Assembly (NCBI GenBank): GCA_030390025.1
Contig: CM059431.1
Coordinates: 116,252,001 to 116,316,000 of the forward strand
DNA length: 64,000 bases
DNA from: Squalus acanthias
Lineage: Eukaryota
Direction of reading: 5' to 3'
Shown one piece after another: positions 34,887 to 48,200 of this stretch. Position numbers and translations under genes: made by a program. The notes beneath the pieces were generated by a model, which saw nothing but the letters and a program-made list of their open reading frames with translations, searched no databases and was not told the DNA's origin. Every line of letters begins with the position of its first letter. Position 1 is the stretch's first letter.

Positions 34887-36569
34887 TGTAAAGTTTCGCA
34901 ATTATCGCGATTCAAAATAACGAAAGAGAAACAGATTCGTTTGACCAGTTTATTTAAACGAAATGCTATCATGATTATAAAGGACACAGAAGCCTGTAAA
35001 ATGGCCGCCGTGCATCGTGGCAGAAGCTTCCAGAATTTCAGTGGGCAGACAAGATGGCGTTCGAATATGCATTTCAAATATAAGACGGGATCATACTCGA
35101 TGAGCACTGATAAAGACAGGATGCAACCTGTTTGCATTTGTGACAATAGCAAAAGATATAAGTGCTGGAATCGTTTTCCATGCACAAGTAAGGACCATTG
35201 TACTGGGCAATCGAAGGCCCATCCAGACACATCAATACACAAATACCCCCACGGCTCTACAATGAGAGAGCCATTCTCGGGTGATTAAACAAGCATTCGG
35301 GGGCCCCCAAAACCAGTCAGGGAGACGATTCATACGATCCCGGCTGGGCCAACAATGGGGAAAACATTAACGGGTAGTTGGCCAGTCTCAGGTGCTACCG
35401 AAACCCGTTAAGGACAAGAATCGCCCCATGCTGGGAGTTTTGAGCGCCAATATTTCACAAAGGACAAACATTAAGATTTGGGCGGGAGATAAGGGAACAC
35501 GGCACTATAACTATAGTGAACAAATGTCCATCGCGCTCTTATTCTCTTATCTCGCTGCTGACTGCGGAGGGTTTATTCTCTTATTCGCTTGCGACTTCAT
35601 GGACTGGCTTGACTGGTGAGCTTCTGTGTTTTCTCTGGACTCTGTTGACTATGTTGGGTGGAGCTCAAACGGAACGAGCCGCCTCAACGAGGGCCAGTGA
35701 CCGGGTGCACCATCCCGAGGGTCGGTAAACGGTGTCTGGACCCGAAGGCCCGAAGAGACGAGACGAGACGAGAAGAAGAGGAGAAGAATCCACGTGCCGC
35801 TGCAGTCAGTAAACCCCGACCGCGCCCGAAAATACAAGAAAGAACTTTTCATTGAAGTCCCCCGACAACCGGTGTCGGGGACAGGAAGACTCTTTTTCTA
35901 ATTCTACCGGCAACCGGTGTCGGACACAGGAAGACTCTTCTTCGAACCGTGTCCGAGTTCTGTCGAGTTCTTCATGACAACGGGGAGCCCAGCCTGCTTG
36001 CCGCAGCAGCGAAGATAAACAAGTGGGGTACAGAGACCCCTCAAAACACGTGACAGTCAGGCGCTGCAGCGAAACGAGCCGAGTGCCTCACTTAAAAAAA
36101 TTCTCCGAAGTATCACGAGTGGTGAGCATGTTTCCCGATCCTACAAATCTAGATGTAGTGTAGGTATTAATAGGGGAGGGTGGTTTTATTAAGGATAAAG
36201 TATAATGTGTTCCCCTTTTTACGATGTGCCGTGCATTCTTCATTACCATAGACCAAGCTTTATGAATGTATGTATACTTGTACTCTCGTTAATTTGCGCC
36301 TATGACATGTACTTCATGATTTTGGATGCTATGCAATAAAGATTTCCATTTCGTACTATTCAACCGGGTCTATTTGAGTTTTTCTCTGCATTACTGCTCT
36401 CGCACCTAAGTCCAGTCTCAGAACCGTAAGGGTGAGTGGGTCGAACCACTCACAGGTGCTTATTGCAACAAGGCTGGCCGGAGACCAGAGCAAGCAATAG
36501 CATTAGGCAACGAAGGCCTAACCTCGCACCAGCACCGTCTGCGATACAAGCACGACACAACCCCTTACA
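34887..36569 (+). repeat. 3' LTR (1683 bp)
   Basis: Direct repeat of the 5' LTR. AATAAA at 36335-36340 (AGTAAA in the 5' copy). Confidence 0.97.
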
Positions 36570-37929
36570 CCACTTGGCCTGAACACTGAACTTGACCTTG
36601 ATTCCCTATGTGCAACGCCATGAAAGATCGACTAGTTTACATTGAGCTCCACTATTTTTAAGCCAGCATTGAGAATGGACAGGTTACTACCTCTATGAAA
36701 ATAGCTGAGTGAGGACATTTGATGTGAGTGCATTTAACATTCATATGATAACATTACTCAAGAGTGATTTCCAAGCTATTATGCATGTTGATGCTGTTGA
36801 ATCAAGTGCCAACATTAGATTAATAGAAACTATTTGATGCTATTTTATACTGATTTTAAGGAGATGATTAAAAACAAGTGTGTTTTTTGTTTAATCTTTG
36901 TTTTTTACTACCCTGAATAAATGAGACAACATATGCAACTGTCCAAAGATTAGAATTTTACAATAAAAACAGTAAATAAACTCAGTAAAACCAGAAAAAC
37001 AAACATAGGTTTCAACAACCTGAAGAGAATATGAGTGTGACTTTCCCTCGACCAAATCTTACCAGCCCTCAGACAGCAACAACAACAACTTGTATTTATA
37101 TAGCGCCTTTAACATAGTAAAACATCCCAAGGTGCTTCACAGGGGCGCTATAACAACACAACACACCAAAAGAAGCAGTTTAGGTCAGCTTTGAGAACTT
37201 GGCCAAAGCACCTCACAAATTTCATGCTCAGCGTGCTCTAGTTAGAACCTCTTATACTTTTCCCTGCTATCTTGTGCAGCTGACGATAAAAGTCATCTTT
37301 CCTGAAGGTTTGGTGTCTCGTGCATTTATTGATTGCTATAGTCCCCTGTTCTACCATTGGAATATTCACAATGCTGTATCAAAGTTAAAAGAATAGAGAT
37401 CTACAATGGTCTTCTTCTTAAGGATGTATCTGTGCTTATTTTTTACTTTTTTGAAGAAATATTTATTTTTCTAAAGTTAGCTTCGACATAATTAACCATA
37501 AAGTGTATTGTCTGCCGATTAGAGCAGCAACTTCACATTTTCAAAGATAAGGAGTGAAACATACTGTCGGCAATATTACCGGATGATGTTTTAACTGTAT
37601 GGTGATTAATTCAGTTAAAATAAGTGCGCACAGACCTGCATTAAAACAGCAGAAGACTGTCATCTAAACATTCTCTTTTGGTTAACGCTGCATAGCCACT
37701 GAAATGATGCCATGTGTAGCTGTACAATTCATCGCATCTCATGTTGCGCACTGTTTTTTTCGAGGGGGAGGGGAGCAATGAAGAAAATAAATAAACCAGC
37801 CAAAAGAGGAAAAAAAATCAAAGATCACAGACTCAACAGGAATGACTCTGTGACCGGGTGCTCCCAGCGATGAGCTGCACTCAGGGAGTGATGGTCAGAG
37901 AATTGGACTACAGTGTCGTACCTTTCCAT

Positions 37930-38185
37930 AAAATTACACAGAATTCACAGCACAGAAACAGGCCATTCGTCCAAACTGGTCTGAACCGATGTTTATGCTC
38001 CACACGAGCCTCCTCCCACCCTACTTTATCTCACCCTATCAGCCTAACCGTCTCTTCCTTTCTCCTCATGCACTTATCTAGCTTCCCCTTAAATTCATCT
38101 ATGCTATTCGATTCAACTACTCCTTATGGTAGCGAGTTCCTCATTCTCACCACTCACTGGGCAAAGAAATTTCTCCTGAATTCTC
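37930..38185 (-). repeat. CR1-family 3' end fragment
   Basis: Reverse complement of the 49515-49760 repeat. Confidence 0.6.
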
Positions 38186-39469
38186 TGACCATTCACCCTG
38201 AGAGTGTGATCTGCCTATTGGGAGTGCGGCATCATGGAATCACCCCCAAAACCAGCGCTGGAAGTGATCCAAAGTGTTCCAGCTCAAAGAGAATATCTGG
38301 TACTGGCAAGAACCTTAAAGCAGAATTACTAATAAAAAAAAGCATCACGATGAGTGCTTCGGAGTGATTACGAAGCTGTATTTTAATCAAAAGGAGTCAG
38401 CTAAGATCATAAAGTGCAAGAATGAAACTAAACTGGTTTATCTGTATCCTGAGATTAGGTTATAGCTTTGAAAACACTCCAGGACAATTCTTAATATTTA
38501 TAATATACATTGTAAACTCTGGCTGCTGATCTCACTCATTTTTTGGTCTATTTTGCACTGCATGTCAGGCAGACAATGGGTAGATTTTACAAGGTTGCAT
38601 TCCTGGCGTGGACCTTCTCCGCTGCGATCGCATAGCGGCATTTTGGACATGGAAGTCAGTGGGCTGTATTGGATTTTTCATTCATTAATTTTAATGGGCG
38701 GAAAATCCTGGGGGACATGCTGACCTCCACGCCCAATTTTCCACCCAGCCCTTTGGTGCACAGAGGTGTGACTCGTCAAGTCTATGTTTTATGATGCACA
38801 TCAATGTTCAGCCAGTATGATTAACAATAGTAGTGGAATATATGCAAATGTATCAAGAATTTGCAGTTAATCCTATGGCTCACATATTTTACGTGTATAT
38901 CTTAAGTTTCTCTGTTTCGGAACTTTTATGAGCCAAGTTTCACCCAGACTTTCCAAAAATAAAATACAGCAGCAGTTTCATCTTGATCTGGAGAGACCGT
39001 CAGTTTATCAAACTATTTACCTGGAAAACACATTTATTCTTATTTGTTTTTATATTTTCTGTCGCATTTTCTTTCCTCCTCACCCGCGAGGGCTGACTCA
39101 TGGAGGATTGTGCCTCCATCACCTTGGTCCCAGTGGCCATTTGGAGTGTGGACATTGAGTAGCGGCAGACTATTCAACTACTGGGGGCAGCACAGCTGAG
39201 CCCAACCTTATCCTCACTCAATGTCCACCCATGACATCAACACACACGTGCATTTCTAGCTAGAGATGGCAATCAGGAACTGGAACCATGGCTGATTTTC
39301 CTTTCTCCAGCCCAGGAGTACTGCAGCCAATTGTTGCCATTGCAGCTGAAGTCACCTAATTCAGCACAGAGCAGTAACTGAGCCTGGGATCTTATGGTTG
39401 TATACCGACTTTACCACCTGAGACAATGGAGGAGCGGATATCATCTCATTTCTTCATATTTCATTCATA

Positions 39470-40287
39470 GGAACATAGGAGCAGGAGTAGGCCATTCAGC
39501 CCCTCGAGCCTGTCAATGAAATCATGGCTGATCTGCGACCTAACTCCATATACCCACCTTTGGCCCATATCCCTTAATACCTCTGGTTAACAGAAAGTTA
39601 TCAATCTCTGATTTAAAATTAACAATTGACCTAGCATCAATTGCTGTTTGCGGAAGAGAGTTCCAAACATCTACCACCCTTTGTGTGTAGAGGTGTTTCC
39701 TAATTTCACTCCTGAAAGGTCTGGCTCTAATTTTTAGACTATGCCCCCCTAATCCTGGAATCCCCAACCAGTGGAAATAGTTTCTCTCTATCTACTCTAT
39801 CTGTTCCCCTTAATAACTTGAAAACTTCGATCAGAACACCCCTTAACCTTCTAAATTCTAGGGAATAAAACCCTAATTTGGGTAATCTCTCCTCGTAACT
39901 AAACCCTTGAAGTCCGGGTATCATTCTGGTAAAGCTACGCTGCACTCCCTCCAAGGCCAATATATCCTTCCTAAGGTGAGGTGCCCAGAACTGCTCACAG
40001 TACTCCAGGTGTGGTCTAAACAGGGTTTTGTATATCTGTAGCATAACTTCTACTCCCTTGTATTCTAGTACTCTAGATATAAAGGCCAGCATCCCATTAG
40101 CCTTTTAAATTATTTTCTGTACCTGTTCATGACATTTTAATGATCTATGTACCTGGACCCCCAAGTCTCTTTGGACCGTCACTGTTTTTAGCCTTTCACC
40201 ATTTGGAAAGTACACTGTTCTATCCTTTTTAGGTCCAAAGTGGATGACCTCACATTTGCCTACACTGAAATCCATTTACCACAGTTT
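39470..40287 (-). mobile_element. CR1 LINE 3' fragment
   Basis: RPHLEYC..WAPHLRKDI..LEGVQR, LEFRRLRG, YTQRVVDVWNSLP; TTCCTATG-type tail. Confidence 0.85.
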
Positions 40288-41042
40288 TTCTGATTCTGAT
40301 TGTCTGACAGTTTATACAGTTCAGACCCGTGGAACAGACAACACAAAACCCAATGAAGCTGTGAAACTTCTTTACTTAAAAATCAACAAGAGGTTACAAG
40401 TAATTACCAGAATACAAACTGTACTCAATTCATGTACTTATTACAAGCAAACATCTAAAATCATTGACTTTAAGCTCAGGTGATTATAAGCACCACATAC
40501 GTACTAACACCAGATGAGAGGTCAATTCAACGATGACTAGACGTATGACTTTAACTGGCAACTGACCAGGTCACCATCGACTATAGCCCCGAATGTCAGT
40601 TTACAACATCCCTTATACCCCAAAACTTGGCAACTCGCTCACAGCATTCGTGTTCCAAACTGTGATTAACGTTGTTTTTCTCTCTCTCCTTCTACTATCT
40701 GTTTTGACACTTAGTTAACCAAGGCCAGACATTCAAGGATTGGAGAGAGTCGTTGTTTTCACATGTCCAGGTTGTTGATTTGTGGTTCTCACAGAATTTT
40801 CAAGATCTTATCTTTTGAAGGAAAAATACCAGCACATCATGCTTTAGTCAAGCAGTCTCTTGCCCTCAACGCTTGTCGGTCCATTTGGTCACATTTAGAT
40901 TCAGTCAAGTTTACCATGGACAGTGTTACATAATCCACCCTCAAGTGTCTGAACCTGAATTTATACGTTGTCGTCGTCCTCTTCTTTCCAGGTCTTCTGT
41001 AACAGCTTGACCAAATGCTTGCTGCTTGCGGCGTCTGTTGAC

Positions 41043-43425
41043 TCAACAAGTTATTATCAATAAGTATAAAACAATCACCAACTGAACTACGACTAAAACA
41101 TGGGAGGTAATTCTTATCCAGGGGTGAACCTCGATATTCATACCGATATCCCACCAAGATGAATCATCCCCAATCTTAGATATTTCTTTGCGCAAGTTCC
41201 GTTTTTTCTGGGCCAAAGTATAAAAGTGCTTTTGAGACTGACTAACTCGCTGCATTAACTCGACCAGGTGTTCTGGTAGAGGTGGAATGTCACAGCTGAA
41301 TTGAATCACATACTGGTGTAATTGCTCTTTTAATTCATCTTCTACAGCGATATCTACTTGCCTATGTGAATAAATGCTTAATAAAACCAGCGCCCCAAGT
41401 CTTACAGGTTGGACTGGGATAAAGCAAAAAGTTCCCACCGCAATGGGACAAGTCAGGTTGTTACCATACTGGTATTCCTGGTGTATGGTGGTGACACAAT
41501 ATTCACCTTTCCCTCGGTGCACAGATTGTACGGGGAAAAGCTTTCCTACAGCTACTTTCATGGTGCAGTTCCATTCTACCCCATCCCAATCAAATCCGCA
41601 CGCAGGGGCTGCAAGTTCTACCACATCATAAGGGCAGACGAATGTGTCCCGAGTTTGAGCGCACCCGGTAAGATCTTGGGCCACCCATGTGATCCCATCT
41701 ACCCGGGTCACATACTGCGGGGGTGCGTCATACCTTACAAAGTGGTCTCCCTGATGTATTCCAATATTCTCCACGCGGAATAGAGGATTTGGAGTTGCCT
41801 TTTCGTGTAGGATGGAATAATACAATACCATCCCTTATAAGGTGATGTCATTTTATTCCTGCAAATGACATTCGTGTTTTACCGGGTACACTTGTACCAA
41901 CCCCCTGACTTTACACATAGTTATGGTAAATTGATAAGTGGACATTGCCCTCAGGTGTCGATCAGTCACCCACAAGGGAAGCTTCCCCTCAGCAATGCGC
42001 TGCAGGTTTTCACGGGCTTGTTCCCCTAACCAGGATCCATACATTACACAAATATCATTTTGCGCGGCCTCACTAGAGGCATTCAGATTCTCCTTTAAAA
42101 TTTGGTTTATCTTTTTCGCATGGGATTCTAAATGGTTAACCATGTCCTGCAGATGAATGGTCATAATTTGGTCCTCCTTCAATTCCTCTTGTTCCAGACC
42201 ATTCATTTTATTCAGAATTTCCTTTAGACGATTTCTAAACGCCTTTACGGATTGATCCAAATCAGCCAAATCAAGGCTATTAACGAGGAAGGTTCCGGTA
42301 TTAAAAGCAATGGCTGCATCATTTATCAGACCCCGTCGTGTTCTGATATGGTCCCCTTTAACCCTGTAACTGATGTTGTTTGCTTCAATGGCTCAGTATT
42401 TTCCCCAAAGTTATTGTTAAATCCATTACCATCTCCTGAGCCCTTGCGATATAACGATTCTGCCAGTGTTATGCTGGCCCTTTCCCAAAATCCTTCCATT
42501 AATTCCCGCTCCATTCTCCCATATAAACGCGCTGTTTCTAGTTTGCACCAGTTCGGTATTCCCACCTCGGTCAGATTTAATATTACAGGTACCACCTCAT
42601 GATGCACATCATGATACAATACATCCGAGTTGGGATTACCATGAACCCATTTGTCGGCCCCGGAGAGTGTTTGGGACAGACAACCCGGGTTTCCTGTTGT
42701 TCTTCCCGTGGTTGTGTTTTATTCGTGGGGGGGGAGTTTAGGACAGACTTTCAATTCCACCGTGTGTATATTCCGGTTTTACATTCCTGCACATGATAAT
42801 GTGGGCAACCCTCCAAACCCCTACACGGCCTTCCCTCCCTGTCCACGGACCATTGGTAGGGACCCCTGTCATCTATTCCATACACTTAGATACCTTTCCT
42901 GCCTATCCAGTGGACGGGAGCTCCACAGAGCGGCTCTGCGGATATAAAACTATGGTTTGATAGCATCCCCGAAGGGTTTACACATCCATAGATTCCCTCA
43001 TGCTCCTGCCACCACCATGGCCAACATAACAGGGTGTCTCCCGCTGCTCGGGATTGGGTCGGGCTTCCTACATTCCCCCGAGGGTTCCCTATCTGATAAT
43101 GCCTTGAATGGTTACCTGGTTCTGCTTGTAAAAACCACACCCTTGGCCCGGTGGGGCGATCTTTGCATTTTATGCAGACCCTCCCTACCTTCCTGGACCT
43201 CATAAGTGGTAACCCATACTGTCGCTGAACACGCGGTTTCACAATCACCCTTGATGTACTGGAGGGTAATGTTTCCAGTGGTGTCCCGGGGTGGTGTCTC
43301 CGGGGTAACTGCAATCGAACTATTATAGGGAAAATAGTTAGTGTTGGTCCAGTATGCCGAATAGGCTGACAGGAATCTTTGAGATAAAGCAGAATCCCGA
43401 TCATTGGCCAGAATAATTCCTTCAT
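41043..43425 (-). pseudogene. env: env of second provirus (Ig-like domain plus F-like fusion protein)
   Basis: MKELFWPMIGILLYL signal; VILNLTEVGIPNWC; RTRR|GLINDAAIAFNTGTFLVNSLD (42333-42344); NDICVMYGSWL; FRVENIG; PPLPEHL; SQKHFYTL; WIRITSHVLVVVQLVIVLYLLI TM. Confidence 0.88.
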
Positions 43426-43522
43426 TTTATACAGTTCAGGCTCTCAATACTGATGTATTTTTAAAACAAAACAAAACGGGACTTCCTACTTTTCTTTTTC
43501 TGCATCGGGGAATTTTCGACTC

Positions 43523-44575
43523 CTACCACTGATGATACCTCAAGGGTGTCTTTTTATTTCTTTTACTACGTCGTGGGGTAGGAGGGGTCTGTTGGACTCG
43601 TCTGCGGATAGGAGGTGGTTCCGGGCCTGGGGATGAGGAGGTTTCTACAGCTCCCATGTCCTGTCCACCTTCATTTGAATCACTGTACCTGTGGAGGCAC
43701 CACTTCAGGCAAGGGCGCCTCATTGGGTGGGGGTGTCCCATTAGACACCCCTTCATCATCATCCCACCGGAGAGGATAAATCTGGCTCACCACGCTCATA
43801 ACCGTGGCTTGTTTTGGACCTGCTAGTGGGTTGAAAAAGCTTCATCTGGTTAATATGAAATCATTTGATTTCCTCAGGTAACTGAACCGCGTATACCATA
43901 GGACAAGCTTTGTCAATAATGTTATACAGCCCCTTGTAGAGGGGTTCAAAACCTCCCACCCTCGCATAGTTTCGTACCATTACCTGGCTCTCTACTTCCC
44001 ACTCCTGGGGTTTACTCGGAGCCACGTGTAGTCGGTTGCATTGGTGTGCCTTCCCAATGTTGTGGGCGGCCCTCAGGTTCTGTTCTTTTAAAGTTCCCCA
44101 CAGGTCACTCAGGGATTTGTCCCTAGTCACCTCCTTAATTTGTTTATCAGTCAGAGTGGGGACCAACAGGTGTGTGGGGGTTTGCATGGGTCTCCCCGTT
44201 ACCAATTCATGAGGGGAATGACCCGTTCCATTGGATCTGTTACTACGTATCCCCATTAGGATTAGGGAAATTACCTCATCCCACTTAGTGTGATGTTCGT
44301 TTAATTCCTTTCGCAAGGCGAACTTCAATGTACGGTTCATTCTTTCCACAATTCCCGATGACTGCGGGTTGTGGATCACATGCCATTTCCCTTCAATTCC
44401 AAGCAATTTCAGAGTGGCTTGCATTACCTGACCTGTAAAATGACTTCCCTGGCCTGACTCTACCACGTGAGGAAGTCCCCATCTGGAGAATACCTCTCTA
44501 ACTAGGGTCTTGGCCATCCATGAGGCTGTGGCCGACTTGCACGGGAAGACTTCTACCCACCTGGTAATCTTGTAC
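43523..44575 (-). pseudogene. pol: Integrase remnant with C-terminal extension
   Basis: LVREVFSRWGLP..VES.QGSHFTGQVMQ, NPQSSGIVERMNRTLK, VMVRNYARVG nearly identical to 30330-30960; PRRSKR tail. Confidence 0.88.
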
Positions 44576-45058
44576 CATCAACACTCATCCGGCTCCCTGC
44601 TTAAAAGAAAAAACAGACAACCCATCGTGGCTTTCCTACCAGCCCAATGGGTTAATTTGTCAATTCCTGATTCCCTTCTGTCACTGTGGGGAAATATTCA
44701 CTTAAAATTATGAAACTTCAATTTAATAATGTCCAATATCTTTAAATTTCATTCAGTTGTTGTGTGGTGAAAAAAAAACAGCTGTGAGCGGAAAGGGTTA
44801 ACTCCTTTGCAGGTTTCTAAGAAGGTGGAGCAAATTGTCAGATGCATGGAATTGCGTCACTTCACGTAAATTTTTTATAAACTTTCCTTATCGAAAAAGG
44901 CAGCTTTTCACAATTTAACGGGTTAGTTAACATTTTCTCAAAAGAAGACAAACCCAGATACCATCAATCAATGTCAACTTGTGTCACACAGCTTCTCACA
45001 GTTTTCAGGTAAATTTAAAACTCGTCAATAAAACAACTGTTACTTTTGCAAAATCTTT

Positions 45059-45952
45059 GGGGTAGAAATTAGGTCGCGCCCCATTTGGGGCGCAAATATC
45101 GTCTGGACGCAACTATTAGCGCCTGGCGCTAATTATCGGCACTGACTGGAAACTTCACTTTTACCGCCCCGGGAGGTGAGTGGAGCGCTAAATCAGGCGC
45201 TGCACACCTGTCTTAAGGCGCAAAGGCCAAGGAGTGAGGCGCTAACTCAGAGCGCTGGCGAAGCTCATGTAATGTCAGTCAGCAATGGAACACACACACA
45301 ATGGCACGGGCCAGTTCTTAAAGGGGATGGTTAATCTTGCTTTCCATCCACATCCTGCTCATTGCAGCCTTGAATCTCGGCCTGGAGAGACCTGCACATC
45401 AAATGTGCTGGAAAGAACAATGGAGAGTACCAGGCAAAGAGCTCAGAGTGCAGCTCCCACAGTCTCTGCTAAATCGATACAAGGAATGGCAAATCAAAAT
45501 GAACCTGTAAAGTGCTGCTCAGTACCCAAAACTCCTTCACACAACGTTGAATCTCTCCAGAAGTCTCTCCCTCTCTCTCTCAGAATGCGTAGTTCAAAAA
45601 TGCCACCAACAATAAAAGACAGGAAGAGGCCCCCTTTAAATAGCGCCCCCCCCCAGCCCCACAGCAATTGATAGCGTTCCAGTCTTCTGGTCGTTGGATG
45701 CGCCAGGCGGTAAGGCAGGGGGCGCCACTCAATTTCTGCTCCGGGGCACCACAAGGGCGTTGCACCATGGAATGACGTCACAATCTGCGCGCACAGGTGG
45801 TCGCAGCGGTAAAGTTTAGCGCCGCCGCACAATCTCTAGTTAAGTTCCCGAGCGGCGCAAACATCGCTGCGCCCGGGCATTAGCGGCTTTGCGCCCCATT
45901 AGCGCCCTCTTAAGGTGCTAACGGGAGGCGCAACCAATTGAATTTTTACCCC
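45059..45952. mobile_element. Harbinger MITE, internal-deletion derivative of the 1702-5884 family
   Basis: Left part matches ~1715-2035, right part matches ~5455-5884. TIR GGGGTAGAAATT / AATTTTTACCCC, TTT TSD. Confidence 0.88.
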
Positions 45953-47090
45953 TTTGTGCCTTTAAAATCTTTGTTAAGATCCTGATCAATTCAATTCAGC
46001 AGGTAAAAACATCAGACATCATGAACATTCTGTGAAACAACTCCACACACAATAGCATTTCCTTTTTGTTCCAGGTCACACACACTTGAAATTGGTCAGA
46101 AATTTCAAAAATACCAATTGTTGATGTGATTGCCTCATGTCCAGAACTAAAGGTTTTCACACAATTTACACCAACCAGAATTTCACCATGGCCACAATAA
46201 AAGTCTGCTTTAAACAGGTTAATTAACCTCAATAACTCCAATTCAATTCAAGCCAATATCTTAAACTAACCAGTACCACTTGAATAAAAAGGAGAAGCTT
46301 CCCTCAGCTTGTAGCTTCGAAACATTCATACAAGTTTTTTTCAGACATCACTACACTGAAAGTAGAAAAAGGGACAGAACCTTTCCTTTTCTCCTGTCTT
46401 TATTTCACCATAGGCTACTTGTCAAAAACTTAGAAAATGGGCGTCTCGGACATGCAGTAATCAAATTAAGAAGACAGTGCTTTGTAAACGTTCAATTGAT
46501 TTAAAATAAAATCAAACAATAGCTATTTTTAGTCATCCAATTAAAACAAAATACATTCAAAAAGTCCAAATTCATTTCTACTAGACACGATTAGAAACCA
46601 TGACAACTGTAACTTCAAGGCTGAAGCTTATCTTTTGTAAAACAAACTGCTTCTGATTTACAGTTTGCTGTACAAGCTGTCCCAGTCAAAATATATCCAC
46701 AGCAGTGTCTTTAACTTAAAAATACAAACCACAAAGTTTCTCTCACTTCTAGGTGCACAATCTTAAATTGAAATGAACATATTTAACACATCCACACTCT
46801 TAAAACTTCCAACATCCAACAAAGGGTTAAACGGCTTTAGCTCCATGCACAGAAAAATGGGTGGAACTAAAACAAACACAACAGATACTTTCTTCCAAAG
46901 ACAGACTTTCAGACAAAAGGAATACTGTAACTTCTTAAAATTGATAGTCAGGAAATCTTCCACACTTTAACACACACTTTCACGCAAACTGAAATTTCAG
47001 CATCCTTTAAGGTTCCTTTCACTCAGCAAATCTTGTGTTTTATTTGTCTCGGCACAGACACTGTTAGCTTCCGTGTCGGTAAAACTTTAA

Positions 47091-47932
47091 GGGGGGGAAA
47101 TTCACTATTGACCTGTTTGGGGCGCAATTATCAGCCAGGCGCAAAGTTTAGCGCCTGCCGCTAATTATCGCCTCCGACTGCAAACTTGGCTTCTATCGCC
47201 CCTGGAGGTGATTGGAACGCTAAATCAGGCACTACACACCTCTCTTAAGGTACTAACGCCGAGGAACAAGGCGCTACCTCAGAGCGCTGGTGAAGCTCAT
47301 GTGATGTCAGTCAGCAATGGAACACACACACAATGGCGCAGGCCAGTTCTTAAAGGTGAGGGTTGATCTTGCTCTCCATCCACACCCTGCTCATTGCAGC
47401 CTTGAATCTCAGCCTGGAGAGACCTATACATCAAATCTGCTGGAAAGAACAATGGAGAGGCCCAGGAAAAGAGCTCAGAGTGCAGCCCCCTCAGTCTTCT
47501 AAATCGATGCAAGGAAGGTCAAATCAAAATGAACCTGCAAAGTGCTGCTCAGTACCCAAAACTCCTTTACACAGCATTGAATCTCTCTAGAAGACTCTCT
47601 CTCTCTCAGAATGCGTGCTGCAAAAATGTTGCTGACAAAAAATGGCAGGAAGCAGTCCCCTTTAAATAGCTCTCCCCCAGTCCCTTCCCGACTGCAAAAC
47701 GCTCCTCTCAACCTGTCGTTGCTAGCGGCAGGCGGTAAGGCAGGGGGCGCTACTCAATATCTGGTCCGGGGTGCTACCGGGGCGTTGCACGCTCGACTAA
47801 CGTCACGATCTGCGGGCGCAGGAGATCATGGCAGTAGTGTTTAGCACTGCCGCAAAATGTCTGGTCAATTTTGCGAGCAGTGGAAACATCGCCGCGCCCG
47901 GGCACTAGTTGCTTTGCGCCCCATTTTCCCCC
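47091..47932. mobile_element. Harbinger MITE, second copy of the same deletion derivative
   Basis: Colinear with 45059-45952 including the same internal linker; G-run/C-run termini. Confidence 0.82.
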
Positions 47933-47989
47933 TTAGTTTCTCTTTTTTTTCCCTCTTTTAAATCGTCGACTCAGCAGCTTTTCCTGGCT

Positions 47990-48200
47990 TCCCAAATGCC
48001 TGTTTTTTTTCTTTCCTTTGCTGTGTTTTCAGATTGGTTAGCCTGCAACTTAGATCTTTTTTCCCTCTTTATCTCCCATTTTTCTATGCTTGTTACATTC
48101 AGTGTGGTCCCCACGAGCACGCCATTCCTCTAGAGCCTGTTTCTGGGTGACCCTAAGCGCAACCTTCAGGTCCTTGAACAACATGCAAGGATTGATGAAG
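47990..48200 (-). pseudogene. Possible gag remnant of a loki-like element
   Basis: Minus frame FKDLKVALRVTQKQALEEWRARGDHTECNK resembles gag LKGVRVAYKMALEDRHEGADHSVCQK at ~26030-26105. Confidence 0.45.

Larger units (their letters stand above)
23831..36569 (+). mobile_element. Full-length endogenous retrovirus, lokiretrovirus-like (LTR-gag-pro-pol-env-LTR)
   Basis: TGTAA...TTACA termini on both 1683-bp LTRs; CCAC TSD (23827-23830, 36570-36573); PBS, PPT; gag, PR-RT-tether-RH-IN and F-like env in order. The ERV call is secure; the lineage name is inference. Confidence 0.92.
40300..44575 (-). mobile_element. Second, decayed lokiretrovirus-like provirus (IN, env, probable 3' LTR)
   Basis: Integrase and env remnants homologous to the 23831-36569 element. 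Purine-rich GGGGTATAAGGGA followed by TGTTG at ~40608 (minus) suggests a PPT/LTR start; LTR limits are uncertain. Confidence 0.8.

Noticed and set aside
23831..36569. Foamy virus or ordinary Gypsy assignment
   Set aside because: Long LTRs and YVDD are foamy-like, but Gag has a CCHC knuckle, the PBS is not tRNA-Lys and env is F-like. Dual RNase H plus env argues against plain Gypsy. A phylogeny is still needed.
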